Assembly: GCA_963704165.1 (NCBI GenBank)
Contig: CAVPHD010000004.1
Location: 320,001 to 384,000 of the forward strand
Direction: 5' to 3'
Origin: an uncultured delta proteobacterium
Lineage (GTDB): Bacteria; Myxococcota_A; UBA9160; SZUA-336
DNA length: 64,000 nucleotides
The translations under genes and the position numbers were made by a program. The notes beneath the pieces were generated by a model. The model saw only the letters and a program-made list of their open reading frames with translations. It ran no database searches and had not been told where the DNA came from. Positions 8,668 to 18,510 of the stretch are shown here, one piece after another. How positions within the stretch are numbered: the stretch's first letter is position 1; every line of letters starts with the position of its first letter.

Positions 8668-11600
8668 GCGCGGGTGCCGGGACGGGCCTCCTTCGCGGCT
8701 CCGGTCCGCGAGTCGCCGCGCCGGAGCCGCGTGCGCAGCGCCTCGACCGCGTCGTCGAGCTTCAAGTAGAAGACCGGAACGATCAGCAGGGTCAGGAGCA
8801 TCGACGAGGTCATCCCGGCGGCGGTCGCGATCGCCATGGGCTGGCGGGTCTCCGCGCCGGGACCGATGCCGAGTGCGGCCGGCAGCACGCCGAAGATCAT
8901 CGAGATCGCGGTCATCAACACGGGCCGCATGCGGATCGGCGCCGCCTTCCGCATCGCACTGACCTTGTCGAGGCCCTCGGCGCGAAGCTGGTTCGCGTAG
9001 TCGACGACCAGGATCGAGTTCTTCGTGACCAGTCCGAAGAGCAGCAGGATTCCGATCATGCTGAACAGGTTCAGCGTGTTTCCCGTCGCGAGCAGTCCGA
9101 TGCAAGCGCCGACCAACGCGAAGGGCACGGCGAGCATGACCGAGAGCGGATGCACGAAGCTCTCGAACTGCGCCGCGAGCACCATGTAGATCACGAGCAG
9201 GCCGAGAAGCAGCGCGGTGCCGAACTGACGCACGCTCTCCTGCATCGCCTCCGCCGAACCGGAGAGCGAGACCGTCACGTCCTCGGGCAGCACCTCCTTC
9301 GCGGCCGTGAACGCATCCTGGATCGCGGCGCCCAGCGGTTTGCCGTCGAGATTTCCGGAAACGGTCACGCTGCGCTGGCGGTTCGAGCGCGTGATCGCAG
9401 ACGGTGCGGCGCCGGTCTCGACGCTCACCAGGTTGCGCAGCTCCGTCAGTTTCCCGCCGCTGCCGCGCACGTAGAGCTGTTCGATCGACGCCGGGGTGTC
9501 GCGGTTCCCGCGGTCGAGCCGCATGCGGATGTCGAAGCGATTGCCGCCTTCCTTGAACACGCCGACGTCGAGTCCACCCACCATCAGCTGGACGACCTGG
9601 GCCACCGCCGACGCGTCGATCCCGAGCGCCGCGGCCTTTTCGCGATCCGGGAGGATGCGGACCTCGGGAAGGCCGAGCTTCAGGCTCTTGTCGAGATCGA
9701 CGAATCCCCCGCGCTCGCGCAGTGCACCGATGAAGCGATCGGCGTGGTGATCGAGCTCGGTCAGCGCGAGATTCCCGCGCAGCAGCACCTCGAACTGTGC
9801 GCCGCTGCCGCCTCCGCCCTGCATCGTGGACGGATCGAAGATCTTGATCTTCTGACCCGGGATCGCGCCGAGCACCTCGCGCGCCTCCTTGATCAGGTCC
9901 TGCGAGGTGCGATCGCGCTCGTGGCTCGGACTCAGCGTCGCGAACATCATTCCGGTGTTCGGTCGGCCGATGCCGTCCCGCCCGCCGGTCCCGATCGACT
10001 CGAAGACGCCCTGGATCTCGGGTTGGACGAGCAGGTGGGCCTCGTTCATCTCCAGGTACCCCAGGGTCGCCGCGAGCGTCGATCCCGGCGGCGTCTCGAA
10101 GTTCGCGAAGAACATGCCGCGGTCCGAGGTCGGGAAGAATTCCGTACCGAGCCGCGTTCCCGCACCGCAGGCGACGAGAAGTGAGCCGACCGCGATCGCG
10201 AGCGTCGACCATTGGTGCGAGATCGACCAATCGAGCGCCCGTTCGTAGAGGCGCTCCAGGGCCAGGAAGCCCGCTTCGAGCGAGTGATAGACGCCCCCGT
10301 GTTTGCGCTCGGTCGGCGGCGGCATGCGCGATGCGAGCATCGGCGTGAGCGTCAGGGCGACGAAGAGCGAGATCAGCACCGAGCCGGCGACGGTGAGCCC
10401 GAACTCGCCGAGGAAGTTCCCGACGATTCCCTGCACGAAGACCACCGGAAGGAAGACCGCGCTCACGGAGAGCGTCGCGGCGGTGGCCGCGAAGGTGATC
10501 TGACGCGTGCCCTCGATCGCGGCATCTCGGGCGTTCTTGCCCATCTCGCGGTGACGCTCGATGTTCTCGAGCACGATGATCGCGTCGTCGATCACGACGC
10601 CGATCGCGAGCGCCATGCCGAGAAGCGTCATCGTGTTCAGCGTGTAGCCGGCGAGCCAGACCAGCGCGAAGGTCGTGATCAGCGAGACCGGGATCGCCGC
10701 CGCGACGATCAGCGTAGGTCGCGTCCGACGCAGGAAGACGAAGACGGTCAACACCGCGAGCAAGCCGCCGAAGACGAGCGCGAACTCCGTCTCCGCGACC
10801 GACTCGCGAATCGAGCGCGAGAAGTCGATGAAGCCGCTTCCCTCGTCGATCGAGATGCCTTCCGGGAGCAGCGGCCGGAGCTCCTGCAGGCGTCGGAACA
10901 CCTCGTCGCAGATCGCCACGGTGTTGCCGCCCGTCTGCTTGCGCACTCCAACGCCGACCGTCGGCACGCCGTTGTAGCGCGCGAGCGAGCGCACGTCGGC
11001 CTCGCCGTCCTCGACGCGTGCGACATCCTTCAGATAGACCGCCGCCTCGCCGCGATGCGCGATGACCATCCGCTCGAGCTGCTGCACCGAGCGGAACTCG
11101 GCGTCCGTCCGCACGCTCCATTCGATCATCGAGCCTTCGACCACGCCACCCGGAACGTCGACGTGCTCGCGGCGAAGTGCCGAGAGGATGTCTCCGGCGG
11201 CGAGGCCATGCGAGCTCAGGGCGTTGCCATCGACCCAGATGCGGATCGCCCGGTCGCGGCGACCGAAGACGACGATCCCGCCGACGCCCTCGATCGTCTC
11301 GAGCATCGGCTTGACGTGCCGGCGCACGTACTCGCTGGTCTCGACTGCGGGCCGAGTCGACTGGAACGGGATCCACAGCACCGGTTGGTCGTCGAAGTTC
11401 GTCTTCGAGACCGTCGGCGGCTCGACGTCGCGCGGAAGCATGCGGCGGGCCTTGGCCACCTCGTCCCGCACGTCCTGGATCGCACTGTCGAGATCTGTGC
11501 CGAGTTCGAACTCGACGAAGATCTGCGCGACGCCCGCGAGTGTCGTCGAGCGCAGGCTGCGAACGCCCGAGATCGTGTTCAGGTTCTCTTCGAGAACGTC

Positions 11601-11792
11601 GGTGACGTCCTCCTCCATCCCCTCGGGATCCGCGCCTTCGAGGTTGGCGATCACCATCACCACCGGGAATTCCATCGGTGGGAAGTGATCGACTCCGAGT
11701 CGTTCGAAGCCGAGCGCGCCCCCGACGACGAGCGCGAGCATCATCATCCACGTCAGCACCGGTCTCTGGATCGAAACGTCGGAGAGCGTCAT
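8664..11792 (-). CDS. RND efflux permease (AcrB/AcrD/AcrF family)
   Basis: Starts MTLSDVSIQRPV; motifs GVVIDDAIIVLENI, GLVTKNSILVVDYA and RMRPVLMT; about 1042 aa. Confidence 0.95.
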   Translation of the reverse strand: MTLSDVSIQRPVLTWMMMLALVVGGALGFERLGVDHFPPMEFPVVMVIANLEGADPEGMEEDVTDVLEENLNTISGVRSLRSTTLAGVAQIFVEFELGTDLDSAIQDVRDEVAKARRMLPRDVEPPTVSKTNFDDQPVLWIPFQSTRPAVETSEYVRRHVKPMLETIEGVGGIVVFGRRDRAIRIWVDGNALSSHGLAAGDILSALRREHVDVPGGVVEGSMIEWSVRTDAEFRSVQQLERMVIAHRGEAAVYLKDVARVEDGEADVRSLARYNGVPTVGVGVRKQTGGNTVAICDEVFRRLQELRPLLPEGISIDEGSGFIDFSRSIRESVAETEFALVFGGLLAVLTVFVFLRRTRPTLIVAAAIPVSLITTFALVWLAGYTLNTMTLLGMALAIGVVIDDAIIVLENIERHREMGKNARDAAIEGTRQITFAATAATLSVSAVFLPVVFVQGIVGNFLGEFGLTVAGSVLISLFVALTLTPMLASRMPPPTERKHGGVYHSLEAGFLALERLYERALDWSISHQWSTLAIAVGSLLVACGAGTRLGTEFFPTSDRGMFFANFETPPGSTLAATLGYLEMNEAHLLVQPEIQGVFESIGTGGRDGIGRPNTGMMFATLSPSHERDRTSQDLIKEAREVLGAIPGQKIKIFDPSTMQGGGGSGAQFEVLLRGNLALTELDHHADRFIGALRERGGFVDLDKSLKLGLPEVRILPDREKAAALGIDASAVAQVVQLMVGGLDVGVFKEGGNRFDIRMRLDRGNRDTPASIEQLYVRGSGGKLTELRNLVSVETGAAPSAITRSNRQRSVTVSGNLDGKPLGAAIQDAFTAAKEVLPEDVTVSLSGSAEAMQESVRQFGTALLLGLLVIYMVLAAQFESFVHPLSVMLAVPFALVGACIGLLATGNTLNLFSMIGILLLFGLVTKNSILVVDYANQLRAEGLDKVSAMRKAAPIRMRPVLMTAISMIFGVLPAALGIGPGAETRQPMAIATAAGMTSSMLLTLLIVPVFYLKLDDAVEALRTRLRRGDSRTGAAKEARPGTRA

Positions 11793-11802
11793 GGACCGCG
11801 CG

Positions 11803-12936
11803 CTATTCCGCTTTGCTCGGCTGCCCGCGCTTTCCGCTCGCGACGTCGGGATCGAGCGCGCTGCCGTCGGCTGCACGCACCGTCACCACCGAACCGTCGA
11901 TGAGAGCCGTGTGTCCGCGGCTCACGACCTTGTCACCCAGGGTGACGCCTTCGACGATCTCGACGCGCCCGCCCTTGAATGCGCCCGTCTTCACGACGCG
12001 CCGCTCGACCCGGTTGCCTTCGACGAGACGGAAGATCACCGGACCATCGGAACGCTGGAGGATCGCCTCCTCCGGGATCATCACCACCCCGTCGCGCTGC
12101 GAGATGCCGAGGTCCGCGCGTGCGAACAACCCCGGGCGGAGCCGTGCATCGGGATTCGCGAGCGAGGCCTTCACGCGGAGCGTGCGGCTGTCCGGGTCGA
12201 TCGTGGGGGAGACGACCGTCACCGTGGCGCGGAAGACGTCGTCCGGGTAGGGCGCAACGCGCACGTCGACGATCTGCCCGATCTCGACCCGGCTCGAATC
12301 GATCTCGGCGACGCGGAACTCGACCTCGATCGGGTCGAGGGCCACGAGCTCGAACAGGCGGGTGCCGGGTTGTACGAACTCGCCGACGCTGACGAAGCGC
12401 CGAGCGATCATGCCGTCGAAAGGCGCGGTGACTTCGGCGTCGCGCTGAGCGCGCAGCGTCTCGTCGAGGCGCGCGGACGCGCCGTCGGCGCGCGAGCGTG
12501 CGAGGGCGAGCGCGGTTTCCGCCTGATCGAGCTGAGCCTGGGAAGCCACGTCGCTCTCGAAGAGCATCCTCACGCGTTCGGCCCCGCGCTTCGCATCGGC
12601 CCACGCGGCCCGGGCCTCGGCATCGACCGCGCTCGCGGCCTTCACCTCCAGGTTCCGTCGCTCCGGATCGATCTCGAGCACCCTCTGTCCGCTGGCGGCG
12701 GGCGCGCCGTCTTCCAGATACAACGCGGTGATCCGCCCACCGATCTCGGCTGCGATCGTCGCGTGATTCGGCGCGACCAACTCACCGGTCGCTTCGATTC
12801 GGTCCTCGAGATCGACCACGACGACATCGGAGAGCGCCACCATCGGTGCGTGCACCGTCGGCTCGTCACGCCCGCGCGAACATGCGAGCGCGAGCGGGGC
12901 GATGACGAAGAGCGCGAGAGCGATGCGAGAGGTCAT
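11803..12936 (-). CDS. RND efflux periplasmic adaptor (MFP), lipoprotein
   Basis: Lipobox LALAC; motifs AEIGGRI, APFDGMI, PTIDPDSRT and LRPGLFA. Confidence 0.92.
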   Translation of the reverse strand: MTSRIALALFVIAPLALACSRGRDEPTVHAPMVALSDVVVVDLEDRIEATGELVAPNHATIAAEIGGRITALYLEDGAPAASGQRVLEIDPERRNLEVKAASAVDAEARAAWADAKRGAERVRMLFESDVASQAQLDQAETALALARSRADGASARLDETLRAQRDAEVTAPFDGMIARRFVSVGEFVQPGTRLFELVALDPIEVEFRVAEIDSSRVEIGQIVDVRVAPYPDDVFRATVTVVSPTIDPDSRTLRVKASLANPDARLRPGLFARADLGISQRDGVVMIPEEAILQRSDGPVIFRLVEGNRVERRVVKTGAFKGGRVEIVEGVTLGDKVVSRGHTALIDGSVVTVRAADGSALDPDVASGKRGQPSKAE

Positions 12937-13553
12937 CGGGCGGTCCTTTTCTCGGTGCCCGCGCGCAAGATGCCGCGGAGCATCGCGTCGAGTGCGACTT
13001 CGGCGAGATTCTTCGACCACGGGTAGGACGGATTGCCGATCTGGAGCGCGATGATCCCGTGCAGAAGAGCCCAGATCGACTGCTGTACGGCAACGACATC
13101 GTCGGTTTGCAGCCGGCCTGCGGCTGCGAGCACCTGGAGCGGCTCGGCCATGATCTCGCGAGTCTGCTCGGCCGCCGGCACCGTCCGCTGCTGTCCGTCG
13201 CGCGCGCCGCGCATCATCAATTGGTAGAAGGCGGGATTGCCGCGGCTGAAGCGCAAGAAGGCGCGCGCGTACTCGCGCGTGTTCTCGACCGGATCCGAAC
13301 CGAGCCGGACACGCCGAACTCGCTTCAGGAGCCGAGAGAACCGCTCCTCGAGCAGAGCGTCGATCAGTCCGTCCTTGTCGCGGAAATAGTGGTATATCGT
13401 GGGCGCCGTGAAGCCGCAGCGCGTGGCGAGCTTGCGGATCGAGAACTCCTCGATCCCGTCCTCGAGCAAGATCGCTTCCGTCGCGTCGAGAACCGCGCGG
13501 CGGGCCTCTTCGCGGTGGCGTGAGCGGCGGACTTCGGAGGGTTGGGTTTCCAT
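12933..13553 (-). CDS. TetR/AcrR family regulator (WHG-like C-terminal domain)
   Basis: HTH FSIRKLATRCGFTAPTIYHYF; WALLHG motif. Confidence 0.9.
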   Translation of the reverse strand: METQPSEVRRSRHREEARRAVLDATEAILLEDGIEEFSIRKLATRCGFTAPTIYHYFRDKDGLIDALLEERFSRLLKRVRRVRLGSDPVENTREYARAFLRFSRGNPAFYQLMMRGARDGQQRTVPAAEQTREIMAEPLQVLAAAGRLQTDDVVAVQQSIWALLHGIIALQIGNPSYPWSKNLAEVALDAMLRGILRAGTEKRTAR

Positions 13554-13572
13554 GGAACGGCGTGCAAGACCT

Positions 13573-13585
13573 ATAACGGTGTTAT
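13573..13585. promoter_or_regulatory. Palindromic operator (probable TetR site)
   Basis: ATAACGGTGTTAT (5-3-5 inverted repeat) about 20 nt upstream of the tetR start, in the divergent promoter region. Confidence 0.55.
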
Positions 13586-13653
13586 GGACGCGCGATCCGG
13601 TGTATACCATCGCCATGGCCGAAGTCAAAACGCCCTCGGAATAGGTCGATCGC

Positions 13654-14814
13654 GTGCCCCTCGAGCTCACCGCGCGCGCCCGCGCATCCCGAACCTCGCC
13701 GATCCGCAGCATGACCGCGGAGTGCGCGCGCGTCGGTGGCATCAATCTCGCCCAGGGCGTCTGCGACACCCCGGTTCCCGAGCCGGTTCGACGCGCTGCG
13801 CGGTCGGCGATCGAGGAGGGCGCGAACAGCTACTCGCGCTCGGAGGGGTTGTCGGAGCTGCGGCGCGCGCTCGCCTCGAAAATGCGCCGCGACAACGAGC
13901 TCGACTGCGATCCGGACGCCGAGATCGTCGTCACCAGCGGGGCGACCGCGGCCTTCTACGTCGTCTGCCAGGCGCTTCTCGAGCCGGGAGACGAGGTGGT
14001 CCTGTTCGAGCCGTACTACGGCTACCACCGCAACACGCTCGAGGCGCTCGGGGTCGTCCCCCGCTACGTCACGCTCCGCGGCCCCGACTTCGCGTTGCCT
14101 CTGGGCGAGCTCGAGATCGCACTCTCCAAGCGAACGCGCGCGATCGTCGTCAACACGCCCGGAAATCCCTCGGGCAAGGTGTTCACGCGCGCCGAGCTGG
14201 AGGCGCTCGGCGCGATCGCCCGGGAGCGGGACATCTTCCTGCTCACCGACGAGGTCTACGAGCACTTCGTGTACGGCGGACGCCGGCATCTGAGCCCGGC
14301 GTCGCTGCCGGGCCTGCGCGAGCGCACGATCACGATGAACGCGCTCTCGAAGACGTTCGCGGTCACCGGCTGGCGGATCGGCTGGATCGCGGCCGACCGT
14401 CGCTTCGCCGAGGCCTTCACCCACCTGCACGATCTGGTGTACGTCTGCGCGCCCACGCCGCTGCAGCTCGGCTGCGCGCGCGGGCTCGATCAGCTGTCCC
14501 CCGAGTACTACGCCTCGATCGCCGTCGAGTACGAGCGCAAGCGCGATCAGCTCTGCCGGGCGCTCGCCTCCGCCGGACTCGCTCCGCAGGTGCCGCAGGG
14601 CTCGTACTTCGCGCTCGCGGACATCTCGCGCCTGCCCGGTTCGAACGGCGACGAACGCGCGCTCGCGCTCCTTCGCGCGTCGGGTGTCGCGTGCGTCCCC
14701 GGTACCGCATTCTGGCGCGATGGCGATGCGCACCGTCTCGGTCGGTTCTGCTTCGGCAAGACCGAACCCGATCTCGAGGAAGCGTGTCGGAGACTCACAA
14801 ACCTGCAGGTTTGA
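13654..14814 (+). CDS. PLP-dependent aminotransferase class I/II
   Basis: Motifs INLAQG, NTPGNPSG, TDEVY and SKTFAVTGWRIG. Confidence 0.92.
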   Translation: MPLELTARARASRTSPIRSMTAECARVGGINLAQGVCDTPVPEPVRRAARSAIEEGANSYSRSEGLSELRRALASKMRRDNELDCDPDAEIVVTSGATAAFYVVCQALLEPGDEVVLFEPYYGYHRNTLEALGVVPRYVTLRGPDFALPLGELEIALSKRTRAIVVNTPGNPSGKVFTRAELEALGAIARERDIFLLTDEVYEHFVYGGRRHLSPASLPGLRERTITMNALSKTFAVTGWRIGWIAADRRFAEAFTHLHDLVYVCAPTPLQLGCARGLDQLSPEYYASIAVEYERKRDQLCRALASAGLAPQVPQGSYFALADISRLPGSNGDERALALLRASGVACVPGTAFWRDGDAHRLGRFCFGKTEPDLEEACRRLTNLQV

Positions 14815-14839
14815 CGGTTTCTTCGGACTCGACTAGAGT
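14798..14839 (+). promoter_or_regulatory. 16-bp perfect palindrome overlapping a sigma70 promoter of the tetR-SDR-MaoC-thiolase operon
   Basis: CAAACCTGCAGGTTTG (14798-14813) overlaps TTGACG-N17-TAGAGT (14811-14839). Confidence 0.6.
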
Positions 14840-14869
14840 GCGGCCGCGTTCATCCCACCCGAGGTCCGC

Positions 14870-15529
14870 TTGCCCCCCTCCACCCGAGAAGCGCGCGCAC
14901 GCGTGCCGCGCGTGCGCCGCACGCAGGAAGAACGCAGCGCCGACACACGCGCGCGCCTGCTCGACGCGACCGTCGCGTCCCTGGTCGAGGTCGGCTACGC
15001 GGCCACCACGACCACGGCGGTCTGTGCGCGGGTGGGCCTCTCGCGCGGCGCGCAGCTCCATCACTTCCCGACGCGCGACGATCTCGTCATCCACGCCGTG
15101 GCTCACCTCGCGAAGCGCCGCGCGGACGAGGTTCGTCGCGATCTGAAGCCGTCGGACGGCGCGCCCGACCGGCTCGCCCGCGCGCTCGATGCCGTCTGGG
15201 CCAGCTTCTCGGGGCCGCTCTTCTACGCCGCCCTCGAGCTCTGGGTCGCGGCGCGGAGCGACGCGCAGCTGCGCACGAACCTTCTGCGGTTCGAACGCGG
15301 CGTCGGCCGCGAAATGGCGAAGCTCTTTCGCGAGATGGCCGGGTCCGAGGCCTCGCGCGCTCCCCACTTCGAAGATCTGCTCGAGCTCACCTTCCACGTG
15401 ATGCGCGGCATGGCAATGCAGCGAATCCTGCGCGACGACGATTCACAGCGGCGACGGCTCTTCGAACTCTGGAAGAAGCTGGTGTCCGCTTGCCTCGAAT
15501 CCCCCGTACAGAAGGAGACAAAGCGATGA
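14870..15529 (+). CDS. TetR family regulator
   Basis: RRTQEERSADTR..LLDA and HTH TTTAVCARVGLSRGAQLHHF; exact start uncertain. Confidence 0.9.
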   Translation: MPPSTREARARVPRVRRTQEERSADTRARLLDATVASLVEVGYAATTTTAVCARVGLSRGAQLHHFPTRDDLVIHAVAHLAKRRADEVRRDLKPSDGAPDRLARALDAVWASFSGPLFYAALELWVAARSDAQLRTNLLRFERGVGREMAKLFREMAGSEASRAPHFEDLLELTFHVMRGMAMQRILRDDDSQRRRLFELWKKLVSACLESPVQKETKR

Positions 15530-16431
15530 GCGAGATTCGCTTCGATGGACGCGTTGCCGTCATCACCGGCGCGGGTGGTGGCCTCGGGAAGACATACGCG
15601 CTCGAGCTCGCTCGGCGCGGCGCGCACGTGGTCGTGAACGACCTCGGCGGCGCGCCCGACGGCAGCGGCAAGTCGAGTTCGATGGCCGACGTGACGGTGA
15701 ACGAGATCAAGGCTGCCGGCGGAAACGCGGTCGCGAACTACGACACCGTCGCGACGCCCGCGGGCGGCGAGGCGATCATCAAGACCGCGATCGACTCGTT
15801 CGGTCGTGTGGACATCGTGATCAACAACGCCGGCATCCTGCGCGACAAGAGCTTCGTGAAGCTCGAGCCGCAGGATCTCGAGATCGTCCTCGACGTGCAC
15901 CTGAAGGGCGCCTTCTACGTCTCGCAGCCCGCCTTCCGGGTGATGAAGGAGCAGAACTACGGGCGCTTCCTCTTCACCGCGTCGGCGGCGGGCATCTTCG
16001 GCAACTTCGGGCAGACCAACTACGGCGCCGCGAAGATGGGAACCGTGGGGCTGTCGAACGTGCTCGCGGTCGAAGGCGCGAAGAACAACATCAAGTCGAA
16101 CGTGATCGCGCCGATCGCGCGGACGCGGCTCACCGAGAACCTGCTCGGGCCGATCGCGAGCGCTCTCGATCCCGCGACGGTGACACCGCTCTCGTGCTAC
16201 CTCGTGTCGGAGGCGTGCGAGCTGAGCCACGAGGTCTTCTCCGTCGGCGGCGGGCGCTTCGCGAGGATCTTCGTCGGCCTCGGGCCGGGATGGTTCGCGG
16301 GCAAGGGGAAGGTGGTCTCGCTCGAAGACGTGCGCGACAACCTCGAGCAGATCATGGACGAGAAGGGCTACACCGTGCCCAAGAACATCGGCGACGAGAT
16401 GCGACTCATTGCCAAAGATCTGATGGGATAG
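15526..16431 (+). CDS. SDR, (R)-3-hydroxyacyl-CoA dehydrogenase-like (MFE-2 dehydrogenase-domain type)
   Basis: Motifs TGAGGGLG, VVVNDLGG, NNAGILRD and GNFGQTNYGAAK; AAGGAG RBS. Confidence 0.9.
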   Translation: MSEIRFDGRVAVITGAGGGLGKTYALELARRGAHVVVNDLGGAPDGSGKSSSMADVTVNEIKAAGGNAVANYDTVATPAGGEAIIKTAIDSFGRVDIVINNAGILRDKSFVKLEPQDLEIVLDVHLKGAFYVSQPAFRVMKEQNYGRFLFTASAAGIFGNFGQTNYGAAKMGTVGLSNVLAVEGAKNNIKSNVIAPIARTRLTENLLGPIASALDPATVTPLSCYLVSEACELSHEVFSVGGGRFARIFVGLGPGWFAGKGKVVSLEDVRDNLEQIMDEKGYTVPKNIGDEMRLIAKDLMG

Positions 16432-16440
16432 GAGAGAGAC

Positions 16441-17298
16441 ATGCCGATCGATCTCGAGAAAGCGCGGGGTGCCAAGCTCGCCACCACCACCGGTGAGTGG
16501 GGCCCGGATCAGGTGATCCTCTACCACCTCGGAATCGGTGCGGGCATGGGGAAGCCGACCGATCCGAAGGAGCTCGAGTACACCTACGAGAAGAGCCTGA
16601 AGGTGCTGCCGAGCTACGGCGTGATCCCCGTCTTCGGTGCGGTTGGCGGGATGGCGGGCGTGCCCGGCATCCAGATCAACTTCGCGCTCGTGCTGCACGG
16701 AGAACAGGACATCGAGATCCACCGCCCCATTCCGGTGCGCGCGAAGATCGAGAGTTCGGGCCGGATCGCGGGGATCTACGACAAGGGCAAGGCTGCGCTG
16801 ATCGTGATCGAGGTCGAGACGCGCGAGACCGGTGGCGAGAAGCTCTTCACCAATCGGTTCTCGATCTTCGCCCGCGGAGAGGGCGGCTTCGGCGGCGACT
16901 CGGGTCCGAAGGCCGGCAACGACGCGCCGACGCGTGCGCCCGATGCGGTCGTCGAGTCGGTGACGGTCCCGCACCAGGCGCTGCTCTACCGCCTGTCGGG
17001 CGACAAGAACCCGCTGCATGCCGACCCCGCCTTCGCCAAGCTCGGCGGTTTCGACAAGCCGATCCTGCACGGGCTGTGCTCGTTCGGAATCGTCTGCAAG
17101 GCGGTCGTCGACGAGCTTCTCGACGGGGACGTGTCGCGCGTCGCGCGCTATCAGGTGCGCTTCGCGGGCGTGGTCTTCCCAGGGGAGACGATCGAGACCT
17201 CGATGTGGCGTGACGGGAACAAGATCCTGATCGCGGCAAAGTCCAAGGAACGCGGCGCGCCGGTGATCAGCAACGCCGCCATCACGCTTCGGGCGTAG
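16441..17298 (+). CDS. (R)-specific enoyl-CoA hydratase 2 (double hot-dog MaoC, MFE-2 hydratase type)
   Basis: LHGEQ plus the hydratase-2 motif YRLSGDKNPLHADP..PILHGLC. Confidence 0.92.
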   Translation: MPIDLEKARGAKLATTTGEWGPDQVILYHLGIGAGMGKPTDPKELEYTYEKSLKVLPSYGVIPVFGAVGGMAGVPGIQINFALVLHGEQDIEIHRPIPVRAKIESSGRIAGIYDKGKAALIVIEVETRETGGEKLFTNRFSIFARGEGGFGGDSGPKAGNDAPTRAPDAVVESVTVPHQALLYRLSGDKNPLHADPAFAKLGGFDKPILHGLCSFGIVCKAVVDELLDGDVSRVARYQVRFAGVVFPGETIETSMWRDGNKILIAAKSKERGAPVISNAAITLRA

Positions 17299-17310
17299 GG
17301 AGAAACGGAA

Positions 17311-18507
17311 ATGGGTCGCAAGGTATTCGTGGTCGGCGTCGGCATGACGAAGTTCGAGAAGCCCGGATCGAAGGCGTGGGACTACCCGGACATGGGCCGC
17401 GAAGCCGGCCAGAAGGCGCTCGCCGATGCCGGCGTTCCGTTCGACGCCATCGAGCAGGCCGCCGTCGGCTACTGCTACGGTGACTCGACGGCCGGTGAGC
17501 GCGCGTTCTACGAGCTCGGACTCTCGGGCATTCCGATCTACAACGTGAACAACAACTGCTCCACCGGATCGACGGCGCTCTTCATGGCGAAGCAGCTCGT
17601 CGAGGGCGGCCTCGCGGAGTGCACGATGGCACTCGGCTTCGAGAAGATGGAGAAGGGGTCGCTCGGCATCAAATACACCGATCGCACCACGCCGATGGAC
17701 AAGCACTTCAAGCTGATGGTCGAGGAGCGCGGCTTCGCCAAGGCTCCCGCCGCGCCGCAGATGTTCGGCAACGCCGGCCTCGAGCACAACGAGCGCTACG
17801 GCACGACGCCGCTGCACTTCGCCAAGATCGGCTGGAAGAACCACAAGCACTCGGTGAACAACCCGTACTCGCAGTTCCAGGACGAGTACACGCTCGAGCA
17901 GATCCTGGCTTCGCCGCAGGTCTACGGCCCGCTCACGAAGCTCCAGTGCTGCCCGACCTCGGACGGCGGCGGCGCCGCGGTGCTCGCGAGCGAGGACTTC
18001 GTGCGCAAGCACAAGCTCGAGGCGAAGGCGGTCGAGATCCTCGGCATGGCGATGGCGACCGACATGCCGAGCACCTTCGACGAGAAGAGCATGATCAAGC
18101 TCGTCGGTTCCGACCTGACCAAGAAGGCCGCCGGGAAGGTCTACACGCAGTCGGGGCTCGGCCCCGAGAACGTCGACGTGGTCGAGCTTCACGACTGCTT
18201 CTCGTGCAACGAGCTGATCACCTACGAGGGCCTCGGCCTCTGCCCCGAGGGCAAGGCCGGCGAGTTCGTGGACTCGGGCGCCAACACCTACGGCGGCAAG
18301 GTCGTGGTGAATCCGTCGGGTGGGCTGATCTCGAAGGGCCATCCGCTCGGCGCCACCGGCCTCGCCCAGTGTGCCGAGCTGACCTGGCAGTTGCGCGGCG
18401 AAGCGCAGAAGCGCCAGGTCGCGGGTGCGAAGGTCGCGTTGCAGCACAACCTGGGTCTCGGCGGTGCGGCGGTGGTCGCGATGTACCGCAAAGCGCAGAT
18501 TGCCTGA
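17311..18507 (+). CDS. SCP2/SCPx-type thiolase (lipid-transfer protein)
   Basis: NNNCSTG catalytic Cys, [12 protein letters not shown] and HNLGLGG. Confidence 0.93.
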   Translation: MGRKVFVVGVGMTKFEKPGSKAWDYPDMGREAGQKALADAGVPFDAIEQAAVGYCYGDSTAGERAFYELGLSGIPIYNVNNNCSTGSTALFMAKQLVEGGLAECTMALGFEKMEKGSLGIKYTDRTTPMDKHFKLMVEERGFAKAPAAPQMFGNAGLEHNERYGTTPLHFAKIGWKNHKHSVNNPYSQFQDEYTLEQILASPQVYGPLTKLQCCPTSDGGGAAVLASEDFVRKHKLEAKAVEILGMAMATDMPSTFDEKSMIKLVGSDLTKKAAGKVYTQSGLGPENVDVVELHDCFSCNELITYEGLGLCPEGKAGEFVDSGANTYGGKVVVNPSGGLISKGHPLGATGLAQCAELTWQLRGEAQKRQVAGAKVALQHNLGLGGAAVVAMYRKAQIA

Positions 18508-18510
18508 TGC

